Assembly (NCBI RefSeq): GCF_001194135.2
Contig: NC_068984.1
Location: 118,786,319 to 118,849,469, forward strand
Direction of reading: 5' to 3'
Length of the DNA: 63,151 bases
Origin: Octopus bimaculoides
Taxonomy: Eukaryota
The translations under genes were made by a program, and so were the position numbers. The notes beneath the pieces were generated by a model. It worked only from the letters and a program-made list of their open reading frames with translations, was not told where the DNA came from and made no database searches. Shown piece after piece: positions 51,306-63,151 of this stretch. How positions within the stretch are numbered: position 1 is the first letter of the stretch; each line of letters begins with the position of its first letter.

Positions 51306-54300
51306 ATTGTGTATATATACATAAACATCACGTGACATCCAAACCATGTCATGTTCTTCCATATTCCTGGGCAACTACCTGAGTTGCTAGAACATTCAAC
51401 TGATCCTGTACCCCACCACACACACATACATGCTCACATTCTCTCTCAATAAACAATACATTTATTATTTTTGTTTCTAATTTAGGCACAAAGCCAGTAA
51501 TTTTAGGGAAGGTTCACTTCTCCAGTATTGTATTTTCCTGACCCTGAAGGTATGACAGACAAGGCTGATCGCAACAGAATTTGACTTTGCCTTTCATTCC
51601 CTTGGGGGGTCGATAAAATGAGCACCAGTTAAGCCCTGAGTTTGATGTAATCAACTAGTCCTCCTCTCCTAAAATTGCCAGCCTCATGCCAAAGTTTGAA
51701 ACGATGAAGATGGTGAGCTATCAGAACATTAGCATGCTGGATAAAATGCTTAGTGGTATATTTTCCCATTTTACTTGGTAATTATAGATTCTGCTGAGGT
51801 CAGCTTTACCTTTCATCCTCATAGGGTTGATGAAATAAAAGCACCAGTTTAGCATTGGGGTTGATGCAATTGATTAGCCTATCCCCCAGAATTTTAGGCC
51901 CTATGCCTAAAATTTTGATATTGCTATTGTGACTGGTTTAGTTTCACTAATATCAGATCACAACCTGGGCTCTAGCATGAGAAACATTCTTGTCTCTACT
52001 CCTATTAAGAGCCTTCCAGGTTGTTCCGAGCTCCCCTTCCTTTCTATCAAAGACTTTCCGGAAAATTCTGGCTGATCTAAGTAAACAGTTTTCTGCCCTA
52101 CACCCACTCCTTATCAAAATCTAATTTTACCCTCAAATTCCTCGTCACAGTTCCCGAAACACCAATAATAATTGAAAGGATTAGTGAATCTAGCCAATTT
52201 CCTCTCAGTTATAAACACATTTATTATGAATAAAAGAAATTATCGGCATCATCATCATTAATATTATTATTATTATTTCAATACCTTTATTACATTCAAA
52301 AACCGCCGTGGTCGGCGTTGTCTCTCATCATTCTGGGTCGATAAAATAAAGTACCAAACAAGTGGTGAGGTCGATGTAATAGATCAACCCTTGACCCCTA
52401 AAATTGCTGGCCTTGTATCAAAATTTGAAACAGTTATTATTTTAAGATAGTTCAGCTAAAATATATACCACATACTAAGACATGTGACTGACTGACGCTA
52501 AATACGAACCGTGAGTAACTGCTCCGACTTTAAAATTAATGTAAGAACAATTCTTCTTTCGTAACCCGGTGACTGTCTGTATGTGTATACACATAGGTAC
52601 ACACAGACACACGAGTGAGAAAGAAGAACAATGCTTTGACAATTTAAATCTTTTTGAATCCGACGAGTCACAATTTTCATTTCTTTAATAATCTTGTCCA
52701 TGGATTATCACTTAGATGTATACGTTATTTTAGTTTTAGGCAAATGCTTATAGGTTTCTCTCTCTCTCTCATATATGTATATATATATAAACTACGAAAT
52801 CTTATATATATATACACAGCATATTGCATGACAATTTTTGCTTGTCACCTGTGAAATGTCACTGCTGACACACCTATCAGAGTTTCGTCACCACTGATTT
52901 AAATCCACTTGGTTCCTTACATAATTACTAATACCTGTTATCACACACACGCGCGCGACTTTAATTTTTGACTTGATTAAAAATTTCAGCAATCAAATTA
53001 TAATCAACAGAATCTAAAGATGAAAAGTTGATCCAAATAAGGGAGTCACATTGATCTCGACGTAACATCGGAATATTTGTTTATACTGTAACGATTGTCA
53101 ACCTTATTTACATTAAATATCGTCACTAGTCATCGATAATGTGTTCACAGGTAATTGATTACATTAAATCCAATCAGTGTTTTTACAGAAACATTCCACA
53201 TTCAAAGTGTCACCTGCATATTGATTAACATGTTTAATCATCAAAGACTAAAGTCGAAATGACACTTTCATCCTTCAAACATTTTTAAAAGAATGTTAAA
53301 TATTCCATGCTGAAAGTCATCAATTAAGTGATTTAGTTTTCCTGTTTTTTAATTAATAATCGACCCACAAAGACATAAAGTCATTGATAAAATATCTTGT
53401 TTTTCCATTTAAAAAAATTTTTTTATTAAAAATCGACATTGAGAAATAATTTATGTTTCGCTCTTTTTTAAAAATAATTATTAATCGACATATAAAGAAA
53501 AGCCATTTATGATTAGTTTTTCCTATTTTCTTACTAATTTATAAATCAACACTTAACCCTTTCGTTATTACATTTCTTTTGAAATAAACTGCCTCTATTC
53601 CAGATAATTTTGAAAACAAAGAAGATAGTAAAATAACTTTGTCTTTATTATTTATCAAGTTGATGTTTGAAACAGATTAACATGAAATTTTTAATGGAAG
53701 GGTGTTTTTCTTAGATCACCTTAAAACAGTAAGTTTGTAACGTAGAACCAAAGGGCGGTTAAACATAGAACAGAAAGTAAATAACTACCGCAGTAGGTTA
53801 TATACGAATGATATACAAAACGTAAAATATTTTACTCAGACTGCGATATGAACTCGACCTTGCACAATATCATCAGTTTTATAGAGGGATATTTATTGAA
53901 TGACTCCTTTAAGACACGATTCAGTGCTTTACAGGTGCTCATTTTAACGCAATTTCAATTAGCCGCCTACTCACCTAATCACACCGCATGACTGGACTTA
54001 AAAGTGACGTACACCACACAAATTTAGAAACCCTAAAGTCACCTCAACCGGCTGGTTGCTAGGGTGGTTTTTTTTTTTTTTTTCTTCAAGAATTTGCAAT
54101 AGTTTTCAATTTTGTCCATTTAGATTCTCTGATTGTATTTGGTAACATTTCTGAACTCTTGATTTTCAGAGATACAGATTAGATTAAATCACAGGTGTAA
54201 TTAATTTATATTATTCGGAAGAAAAACTACCATAAATGCCTTGATGAGAGAATCTTGTTAAATTTCTTCCAACCACTTCACGTTTTCATAAAGTGTTTTT

Positions 54301-54959
54301 CAAATTTTCTACAATAATCTTACTTCATTGAAGAATATTTGTTACTTTTCTATTATAAATTATCTGGAAGGAAATGAATGCGATTTTCGTCATCACCAGG
54401 CAAAAACTACATTTTTTTAAAATAATGTAGTGAAAATTTGAAATGCTTCAAATGGCTGGAAGAAATTTAACAAGATACGACAGAGGGTATTTGCCTTTAA
54501 AGGTAAAAAAAAAAAGAAAACAAAAACGATACAAAACTTCCTTAAAAAGGTTTAAAAAAAGGTGTAGGACCATACAAAACTTTTCAAGTGTTGATAAAAG
54601 AAAGAATGGATAATAAGAGAGAATGTTTAATAATAATAGCTATCACAGGTCACTTTTGATAGAGTGACGATACAGAAAACAAGCACTATTCCGTTTCCGA
54701 ATTAAAACGGATTATTCTAGTCAGTAGTCATTTCTGTTAAGACGGTCTGTCTCACGAACACGTGTGGTGAAGCTAGGTATGTGCGCTGTGTGTGCTGTTA
54801 TAAAAAGCGTGTGTAAATGGATTCATATTCTGTATTTCCTTATTTACTCTTTCACACATTGTCTATGTGTGTGAGTGCACACACAAATATAGGGGTTTAG
54901 TTTTTACATTTTGTCTATGTGTGTGTAAATAAACACACGCATATATGCATATTCATAGA

Positions 54960-55385
54960 TATGTACGTACACACATGCAGCGAGATAGATAGATAAACAA
55001 ATAGAAAGACAGACAGGTAGATAGATAAACAAATAGAGAGACAAACGGATAGATAGATAGATAGATAGATAGATAGACAGATAGATAAACAAATAGAAAG
55101 ACAGGCAGATAGATAGATAAGCAAATAGACAGATACAGAAACAAATAGAGACAGGGAGATAGATAGATAGAGAAACAAATAGAGACATAGAGAAACATAG
55201 AGACAGGTAGATATAGATAGATAGATAGATAGATAGACGCATAAATAAATAGGTAGATAGATAGATAGATAGATAAACAAATAGACAGACAGAAACATAG
55301 ATAAACAAATAGATAAATAAACATAGATAAATAGATAAACAAATACACAGACAAAACATAGATAAATAAACAGATAGATAGATAT
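54960..55385. repeat. Degenerate (GATA/GACA)n microsatellite
   Basis: Seen directly. Confidence 0.95.
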
Positions 55386-56107
55386 TGAGCGCGTTGAAAG
55401 AAAGGATGTAGTATATGAAATGAGAGAAAAAGAATGACAAGACGAGAGAGAGAGACAGGCAGAGAAATAAACAGAGACAGAAAGAAAGATCTTGAATATG
55501 GATTGTGTATATGTATGGTTTTTATCTACAGTTCGAATATAACAATACTGAAAAAGGAACCTGTTGATAGTAATATCATAGGAATCTAGAATATCAGTCA
55601 AGTTAGAAAGAGGAAAAAAAAAGCATGCGATGCGTGGATTCGATCAATAACCTTATTTACATGTGTGTGTTACTTTCATGTAAATAACAAAAGAAAATGT
55701 TAGAATTAAAATGATTACGCACACACAACACACACTCTTTGTATTTGACAAGGTTTCTTACTAATGTTTACAAATGGAGATTGGAATAGTTTTACTTGGT
55801 AAAATATTTCGAAATATTTTAAATATAGAGTCGATTATTTCGATTAGCTGTTGATAAGATATGGTACATGTATGCAACATTTCTAAGAATTTTGGAGAAA
55901 GAGGGAAAATTAGGAAATTGTGCCATGCCATTCACAGCGTTCCAAGGACATCAGAGGGACAGCTTTAATTGAGAATCGAAACCGAATTGTTAATTCAGTT
56001 TTACATGCTACAAACTACACTACAACTACTACCTTGCCAAAGAAGGAGCCAGAACTTGTATAATTGACCTGCTAGAAGTAGTAATGAAATCTCTTTCTTT
56101 CTTTCTT

Positions 56108-56139
<32 letters not shown>

Positions 56140-56693
56140 CACACACACACACACAATCCAGTTCCTTAAGAGACGGACACATTAAATAATATAGGTCTAG
56201 GTACATCCTCCTCCCCGATAAAAACAAGGTGATCAGTTAAAATGCATTTAACTAGATCTGTTTGAACAGTTGACCTGAAGCTCTACAATAACAATAGCTA
56301 CTAATAATTTCTTCTATCTCGGCACAAGGCCAATTTTTGTAAGATGTTATAAAGATGTTCTTTTTTTTATTATTATTATTATCTATGTACAGATGGAAGG
56401 CCTTTTTTTCCGACCTCAGTAGGTTTTGAACTCAAAATATGAAGGTTCTGCTACTACAACTAACTGTGGTTTATTTAATTACGGCACATATTACTGTTTA
56501 AGTACTCCTCATACATAAACATGTTCGTAAATACAAAAAAATATCACATATATCGTCAAAACACACCTGAAAACGACCTACTGAGAAAAGTTACGGCCCT
56601 AGTCTTAGTCCGCCCTAAGTGCTTAGATATTAAAGATACATAATTTCAACAACAATTTCGGTAGCGGGGAAAGGAAAGAAAAGAAAGACTAAC

Positions 56694-56925
56694 CGGATTT
56701 AGTTAGTACACTGAAGCGTGCACTTGCGGCTGGTCTTGATGGTTTTGGCGAAAATCCTGGTCGAGCTGTCAATGACTGATCTGGTAAAGCCGTTGCTTCC
56801 TCGAGCCGTTCCGTATCATTAGCGCTACTGGTTGTTACTGAAGAATGTACTTCATGAGTAGCTGCAGTAGATGGAATCGGGTCTATGTTGCCTGCCTCTG
56901 GGGTGGCTTCTAATTGTCTCTCCAT
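56694..56925 (-). CDS. Probable first coding exon of an unidentified host gene (disordered S/T/A/P/E-rich N-terminus ending ...SARFSVLTKS, phase-1 donor)
   Basis: ATG in good context (gggcATGG). 77 non-repetitive codons (MERQLEATPEAGNIDPIPSTAATHEV...RPAASARFSVLTKS) end at a G|GTTAGT donor (intron starts 56693) just before the in-frame stop. GC-richer than the flanks and inside a CpG-rich domain. Confidence 0.7.
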
Positions 56926-57203
56926 GCCCTAATCGAATTTGGAGACTTCTACTGAAAAAGACCGCTAACATAACATATCTCCGATGTGCCTTTTGATGGC
57001 TCGATGTAGCTCTAATTGTAATTCAAATCCTGACAGCTACTAACCATCTGAAGGAACTAGCGACACTGATCGTTTCATCGGGGTAGAGAAATCGATGTGA
57101 TTGTTGTGGTGGTTGTGGTCACGCGGGGTTGCTGATCATGCTCGTACTACATAGTCACCTATTATTTATATATCATAAATCATATCGCACTGTACGTGTG
57201 TGC

Positions 57204-57266
<63 letters not shown>

Positions 57267-57894
57267 CTGCAAATCAAGAAAGGGAAAGGGTGGAGGTATT
57301 AGTATTGATACACATACGATTAATTTCGCGAACAGTTTTTCTTCCTCCTCCTCCCCTTCTTTCTCCGTCAAACATTAGCGTATGCTGCGAGAGGCGTGGT
57401 CAAAACAGTCGAGTCATATTGAATTTCTAGTCTATTTATTCAACAAGTCAGCATGGTGTAAATAAATAGCGCCCGTCAAACATTTCTAATTGATTCGATA
57501 AAGTACAAGGTAGTGGTACTACTACTACAAGTACTACCATTACCGCCGCTACCAATTGCTTGTCAATGCCTAGAACAGACCCTAATAAAATCACAATAGA
57601 ACACAACCATTAGGAAGTAGTCAGGTGGTTTAGTGAAATAACTATTAGCAAGTGAATTTTTTTTTTTAAGTCATATTTGGGTCCTAATTAGTGAATATTA
57701 GCGGCAGAGTTGTTTTGTTTTTTAATATGAATTTTGAAAAAATTATTTTTAAAGAAATATCACAAACGAAGGGTATTAATAATAAAAGTCAAGTTACACA
57801 AAACCCAAACAAATGTGTGTGCATGACTTTTATTAAAATCAGCGCAGTTAGAACTCTTTTGATACAAATCCACGTAAGATTGTTCCTCTGATAC

Positions 57895-58680
57895 AAACTT
57901 CTTTCAAAATGATCTAAATTAAAACCTTCCATCAAAATTTCATGTTAGTTTATGTTCCAAACAAGAAGCATAATAATAAAAGGTTATTTCACAAAATTTT
58001 TCATTATCTTCAAAAGTAATTGAAAGAACGGTAGTTTATTTCAACAGAAATATTGTAACAAAAGGGTTTAAGTTACTAGTCTAAATTAAAAATCTTCCAT
58101 GAAAATTTCATGTTCATTTATTTTCCAGACAACAAGTATAATAATAACAATTTTTTTTTATTAAAACCTTCATTATCTTCAAAAGTCAGTGTATTTTGAC
58201 AGAAATATGGTAACAAAAGGCTTAAAGTAATCTAAATTAAAATCTTCCATCAAAATTTCTTGTTCATTTACGTTCCAAACAACAAGCATAATAATAACAC
58301 TCTCTATCCTACGTGTGTTCTCTTACTCTAAGCAGTACAAGAGGAGACACGTGGGACAGAGCGTTGCTGAAGAGGTCACAGGATGTGTGACAAAAGAGCT
58401 TTGACTAAGAAACTAAAAAATTAACAAAGTTATTTTACTAAATTCTTCATTATCTTCAAAAGTAATTGAAACAAAGGCAGTAATATTTCAACAGAAATAG
58501 GGTTACAAGAGGATTAAAGAGATCTAAAGTAAAATCTTCCATCAAAATTTCATGTTAATTTATGTTCCAAACCCCAACTTAATGACAAAATTATTTTGCT
58601 AAATTCTTCCTTATTTTCAAAACTAACTCAAGCAAAGGCAGTGTGCTTCAACAGAAATAGGGTAACAAAAGGATTAATAT
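57895..58680. repeat. Four tandem copies of the same MITE arm, third copy interrupted
   Basis: Same ~160-bp unit four times. About 125 bp of foreign sequence at 58299-58422. Confidence 0.75.
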
Positions 58681-58849
58681 TTACAGACAGAGCTTTAATT
58701 TTCAAGTAAATAAGCTCACAATGTTCTCTGGAATACATTTGCACTTGCAAAATACTGAACAGTTCAAATTTGCTCTGACACACTTGGAGAAGTTTTCTTT
58801 GCAGGAACACTTGATCAGTTCCCTATACACAATGGAATTGTTAACCACA

Positions 58850-59135
58850 ATGTTTCCCATGACCCTCGCACCTTAGTCCAGACAAAACCTAATGGAGAAG
58901 GGACCACTAGTTTAAAGTTAGTTAAAGTTTCCTTCTCAAGTTATACTGACTCATAAGGACCACTTTCCTTGTTTCCATGGCGTATAAATTCCCCACCTGA
59001 ACAGGAGACCAGTCCATCACAGGATTACTCATTTTTGCCAGCTGAGTGGACTGGAGCAACGTGAAATGAAGTGTTTTGCTCAAGAACACATGTCGCCCAG
59101 TCCAGGAATTGAAGCCACAATCTTATGATCATGAA
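58850..59135 (-). mobile_element. Family C-related SINE copy
   Basis: ccagctgagtggactggagcaacgtgaaatgaagtgttttgctcaagaacac...ggaattgaa. Similar heads at about 3150-3420, 33790-33920 and 38900-39150. Confidence 0.6.
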
Positions 59136-59136
59136 A

Positions 59137-59537
59137 CTGCTTTCTGGTGAGATGTGTTAAGTTTAATGAAACAACAGGTTTTACAGAAAATACCAGTTCT
59201 ATTTTTTGGTAGATATTTAATACCATTACTGAAAGACTACAGAGGGATTCTAGCTTAGCATTAACAATAAACCCCAAAGAAATCTCAATGAATAATCTAA
59301 TGCTTTTAAGTTCCAAATAATATTCCTTAACCTTTTTATTGTGGAAATCAGATTTATCCACTCAAAATTTTGTTACCCTTAACTGCAGAAAGCAATTTTA
59401 TACACCAGTCTATCTTTTGTTGAAGAATGCCATGTTTGAAACTGTTTTCTAGTGAGATATTTTAAGTTTAATGAAGCATCATGATTTACAGAAAATACCA
59501 ATTCTATTTTTTGAAGATATTTAACACCATTACTGGA
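59137..59537 (+). repeat. Local ~100-bp direct duplication
   Basis: 59137-59235 and 59441-59537 share ctg.tttct.gtgagat..ttaagttt.aatgaa.ca.ca.g..ttacagaaaatacca.ttctattttt.g.agatatttaa.accattactg. Confidence 0.7.
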
Positions 59538-60397
59538 ACCTGAAATTTGATTTCACAGTGAAAGGTAATACGAAATGAACTGATTATAAGATGTGCTCAG
59601 AGTGATGAAACAATTTGAAAGGAGGCTAAAGTAAAAAATACTGTGTTTTATTTCAGATGTTTCTTATGAAAAATTTGTATATTTCTATTTCATTAAAAAG
59701 GCAGTTGGGTCAACTGTTAATAAGTTTTGGGTCAACTGTTAACATTCTTTTAATTATACCTTTTATCAGTGTTCGCATTCTTTAAATTGTACCTTCATTG
59801 GTGTGTGTATTTTTCGAGGTTTAATGTTATTAAGTACAATCTTGCATCTGTTGTTAAATTTTTTTTCAATGTCACATCTCAGTTCAAACAAAAAGTTAAT
59901 ACTGATCCCTTCCTTAAACCTGAAAACAGCAATAAAACTATAGTAATAAAATGAAAATAGGAGGAAAAACATTTGTAAAAAAAATATTAAGCAAAGAAAA
60001 CACCACCACAGCTAATATACTTTGATTTCGGTGGATTTCCTTCCAACATGCCTTTATTACAAATCATGGGGATGGATTTATCAAAAACAGTTTACCTGTT
60101 TGTGTAACATCTTTACAACATACTACCACCCTCTTGTTTTGTCAGCTGTTTATTGCTGCCCTAATTTCTATACCACATCATTGCTTCTGTTCATTTCTTT
60201 AGAATTTTATTTATTTTTTTCCCTTTTTTTTTTTTTTTTCATTTATATGTATTAAATATATACTGCAGTAGTGAGTTGGCAGAATCATTAGCATGCTGGG
60301 AAAAATGCTTAGCAGTATTTCGTCCATCCTTATGTTCTCAGTTCAAATTCTGCCGAGGCTGACTTTTCCTTTCATCCTTTCAGGATCAATTGAATAA

Positions 60398-60522
60398 TTA
60401 TAGTTCAAAGTCAGTCAGTTATAGTTCAAGGTCAGTCAGTTATAGTTCAAGGTCAGTCAGTTATAGTTCAAGGTCAGTCAGTTATAGTTCAAGGTCAGTC
60501 AGTTATAGTTCAAAGTTAGTCA
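60398..60522 (+). repeat. 21-bp minisatellite, about 6 copies (TTATAGTTCAAGGTCAGTCAG)
   Basis: Units start at 60398, 60419, 60440, 60461, 60482 and 60503. The four central units are identical. Confidence 0.95.
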
Positions 60523-61592
60523 AAGGTAAATTAAGAAAGGAACTGAACACTAAAGTCAATGGCTAACATAGACCTGTTGATGTGGTCCACATTAGACCAA
60601 ATCGAGTGTGTGGGCGTGTGTGTGTGGGCGTGTGTGTGTGGGCGTGTGTGTGTAGGTGACTAAGGGCTATGAGTTAATGGTAGAAGGAAGGAGTGTGTAG
60701 AACTGAAATCAAATCAGACTTGACAAGAAGTAATTAGGAGAGAGATTTGAAAACATTGAACTTCACAGGATTAACCTATAACTAGAAATATACACAGTTT
60801 TATACTTGTCCAGTTTTTGTCATCAGAGGAAAATGGAATTAATGTAATGATGATAATGTTGATGATGAAAGGTATCTAGGACAAGAAGATTTAAAAGAAG
60901 AGATAAGAAGCCTTCTTTGTTAATTAAAATCTCTATAAAAATTAGCCAAGCTTGTAACAGGTTATAATCATTTCTTTCATCACCTCATAAACTCACTGAG
61001 TGAGACCTACTTCTTCCTTATTCAAGAAAAGACCAGATTACATTTGCAGTGAGCAGCATTGACAGTTTTATAGTTGCTGATCAAATCTCTTGCAACTAAT
61101 CAAACAGCAGTTATTTAAAATTAATTCTAATGACATGCCTTATAATTATGACAAGCCTAACTTCCTTTTACACACACTTTCTCTTTATTTGCAACACTCT
61201 AATAGTTGTGTAGATAGGTGCAAGCATGGCTGTGTGATTAAGAGGTTTGCTTCTCAATGACATGGTTTCTGGCTTTTATTATAGCCCCAGGATGATGAAA
61301 ATCTTGTGAATAGATTCGGTAGATGGGGAAATTGTGTGGAAGCCTCAGTGTGTGTGTGTGTGTATGTGGCAAAGTGTATGTGTTTGTGGCTTTTTGTCTT
61401 GGCATCATGCTTTAGCTATATATGAGCTTCAGCATCATACAAGTGATGTACTTTGTTTCCAGTCTTCCATGAAAATATGTCCAGTCATGCAGAAGTATCA
61501 CTTTACTTGGAAGGGTATCTGGTCATAGAAAAATCTGTTGGTGGTGGTGGTGGTGGTGGTGGTGGTGGTGGTAGTGTTGGTGGTGGTAATGG

Positions 61593-61625
<33 letters not shown>

Positions 61626-61804
61626 CGATGATGATGATGATGATGACTTCTAAAAGCTCAAACTGCTGAAATAAATCTAAAAGAAATTATCACCTTTCTA
61701 AATAATACTGTAAGTTATTTCCTGGGTTATAGTTCACTTGTCATATACAGTGCTGAAATGTCTTTACTTAACTTCATTTCAGGTTTGCAATGTGTAAAGA
61801 CGTT

Positions 61805-61965
61805 TTCCCAGGCATGGCTGTCTGGTTAAGAAACTCACTTTTCCACCACATGGTTTTGGGTTCAGTCCCACTGTGTGGCACCATTGGGAAAGTGGTTTCT
61901 ACAACAGCACAGGCAGACACCAATATCTTGTGAATTTGGTAAACAAAATCTGTGGGGAAGCCTGT

Positions 61966-62010
<45 letters not shown>

Positions 62011-62310
62011 GCATATATGAGTACAGGACGTCACCAACGGTGCAAATAACATGAAATATGTAAACAGCGGAAAAAAATGGAAAACAGGACAAGTAAACAC
62101 AGAGAAAGGACCTTACATCAGTTGTCGACTGTCTATCTACGCTTCATTTCAGGCATTCAATGACAATATGAGTCTTCAAAGACAGTTTCTCTTATGAATT
62201 CTAAAATAAAGGGGCTGATAGAAAAAGTACCTGTGTTGGGGTCAATATGTTTGATTAAACCCTTCAAGGTGGTGCTCCAGCATGACCACTGTCCAATGAC
62301 TGAAACACAT
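61805..62310 (+). mobile_element. Family A SINE with an internal insertion
   Basis: Head 61805-61965, (TA)n, insertion, then 3' half to gactgaaaca. An opposite-strand 3' half lies at about 62605-62830. Confidence 0.75.
62010..62200. mobile_element. Possible Penelope-like fragment inserted in the central (TA)n of a SINE
   Basis: Non-SINE sequence interrupts the family A copy right after (TA)n 61968-62007. The SINE 3' half resumes near 62210. PLE assignment from recall only. Confidence 0.3.
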
Positions 62311-62316
62311 ATAAGA

Positions 62317-62394
<78 letters not shown>

Positions 62395-63151
62395 GGGAGT
62401 GCTGAAGACTTCCTGGCTATTGGTAAAAGAAAATACAGGAGGATTTTATTCAACATATTCCCCTCTCACATTCACACCCCTATTGTAGTTGTCCTTCAGT
62501 TTTTCTAAGCCCCGTAAAAGAACTCCAAAGTTTGGGCCCCCAACCAGGCCTTTTGCAATACCCTTAAAGCCAGAAACTTTTCAGCAATCCTTCATATATA
62601 TATTTTTTATTTTTTACTTGTTTCAGTCAATAGTCTGAGGCCATTCTGGGACACCACCCTGAATTTTTAGTCAAATGAATCGATCCTAGTACTTATCAAT
62701 TTTTTAAAGCCTGGTACCTATTCTATTGGTCCTTTTGCTAAACCACTAAGTTACAGGGATGCAAACACACCAACACTGGTTGTCAAGCAATGGAAGGGGT
62801 GTACAAACACAGACATAAAAACACACACACATGAATATATATATATCCCCCTCTCTCTCTCTCTTGGAGAGGCACAAGCACATACACAGACATATACACA
62901 TGCGGCAGTAACTTACGCCTACCAAATTCAATATATATATATATATGTATACACATACAAGAATAAGGGCAGGGAATCGTCAATTAGTAATAGAATTAAT
63001 AATTAACAATTTTGCCAAGTAGTTCAGTATGAAAAAAACCTTTATCGGTAAAATCATTTATCATCGTAAATATACAGGGATTAGCATTGAGTTGCTTCTC
63101 CAACATACTGAAAATTTAGAAATAGCATATATATTATATATATATATATAT

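Larger units (their letters stand above)
52250..57560. promoter_or_regulatory. CpG-rich (probably unmethylated) promoter / first-intron domain
   Basis: CpG dinucleotides are visibly frequent here and scarce in most of the window (judged by eye, not counted). The domain spans the candidate first exon. Boundaries approximate. Confidence 0.55.

Noticed and set aside
54904-55601. Hydrophobic ORFs of 130-230 aa (YLSI repeats); likewise the VCVC/HTHT/IYIY ORFs at 1729-1993 and 26092-26540
   Set aside because: Translations of microsatellites.
56694-56925. Assigning an SLC12 or WNK gene symbol
   Set aside because: A 4-residue motif is insufficient, and no diagnostic downstream exons were found in the window.
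60398-60522. CRISPR-like appearance of the 21-bp repeat
   Set aside because: No spacers, eukaryotic context, no cas genes. It is a simple minisatellite.

Overview
AT-rich, microsatellite-dense animal genomic DNA with about 4.4 kb of N gaps. The SINE, MITE and microsatellite repertoire matches my recollection of octopus genomes (probably Octopus); this was not verified. Most of the window is interspersed repeats: at least three tRNA-derived SINE families plus one Ceph/RTE-like repeat family, piggyBac-type and hAT-type MITEs, Helentron-type elements, and fossil fragments of Chapaev3, mariner, RTE, R4/Dong and Penelope-like elements. Only one host coding exon is reasonably supported: a minus-strand first coding exon (56925-56694). 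It lies in a roughly 5 kb CpG-rich domain and encodes a disordered N-terminus ending in an RFxV motif. If the gene continues, most of the window to its left may be intronic. I could not confidently link further exons or name the gene. Nearly all ORFs in the supplied track are artefacts of microsatellites, SINEs or N gaps. There is no rRNA, true tRNA or CRISPR. I did not find a clearly new biological system. The best leads are the RFxV exon, a 21-bp VNTR carrying phased TCAAGGTCA nuclear-receptor sites upstream of it, a bipartite RTE 5'UTR/3'-end element, inverted SINE pairs that could form ADAR-substrate dsRNA, and a hammerhead-like core in a Penelope-like terminus.
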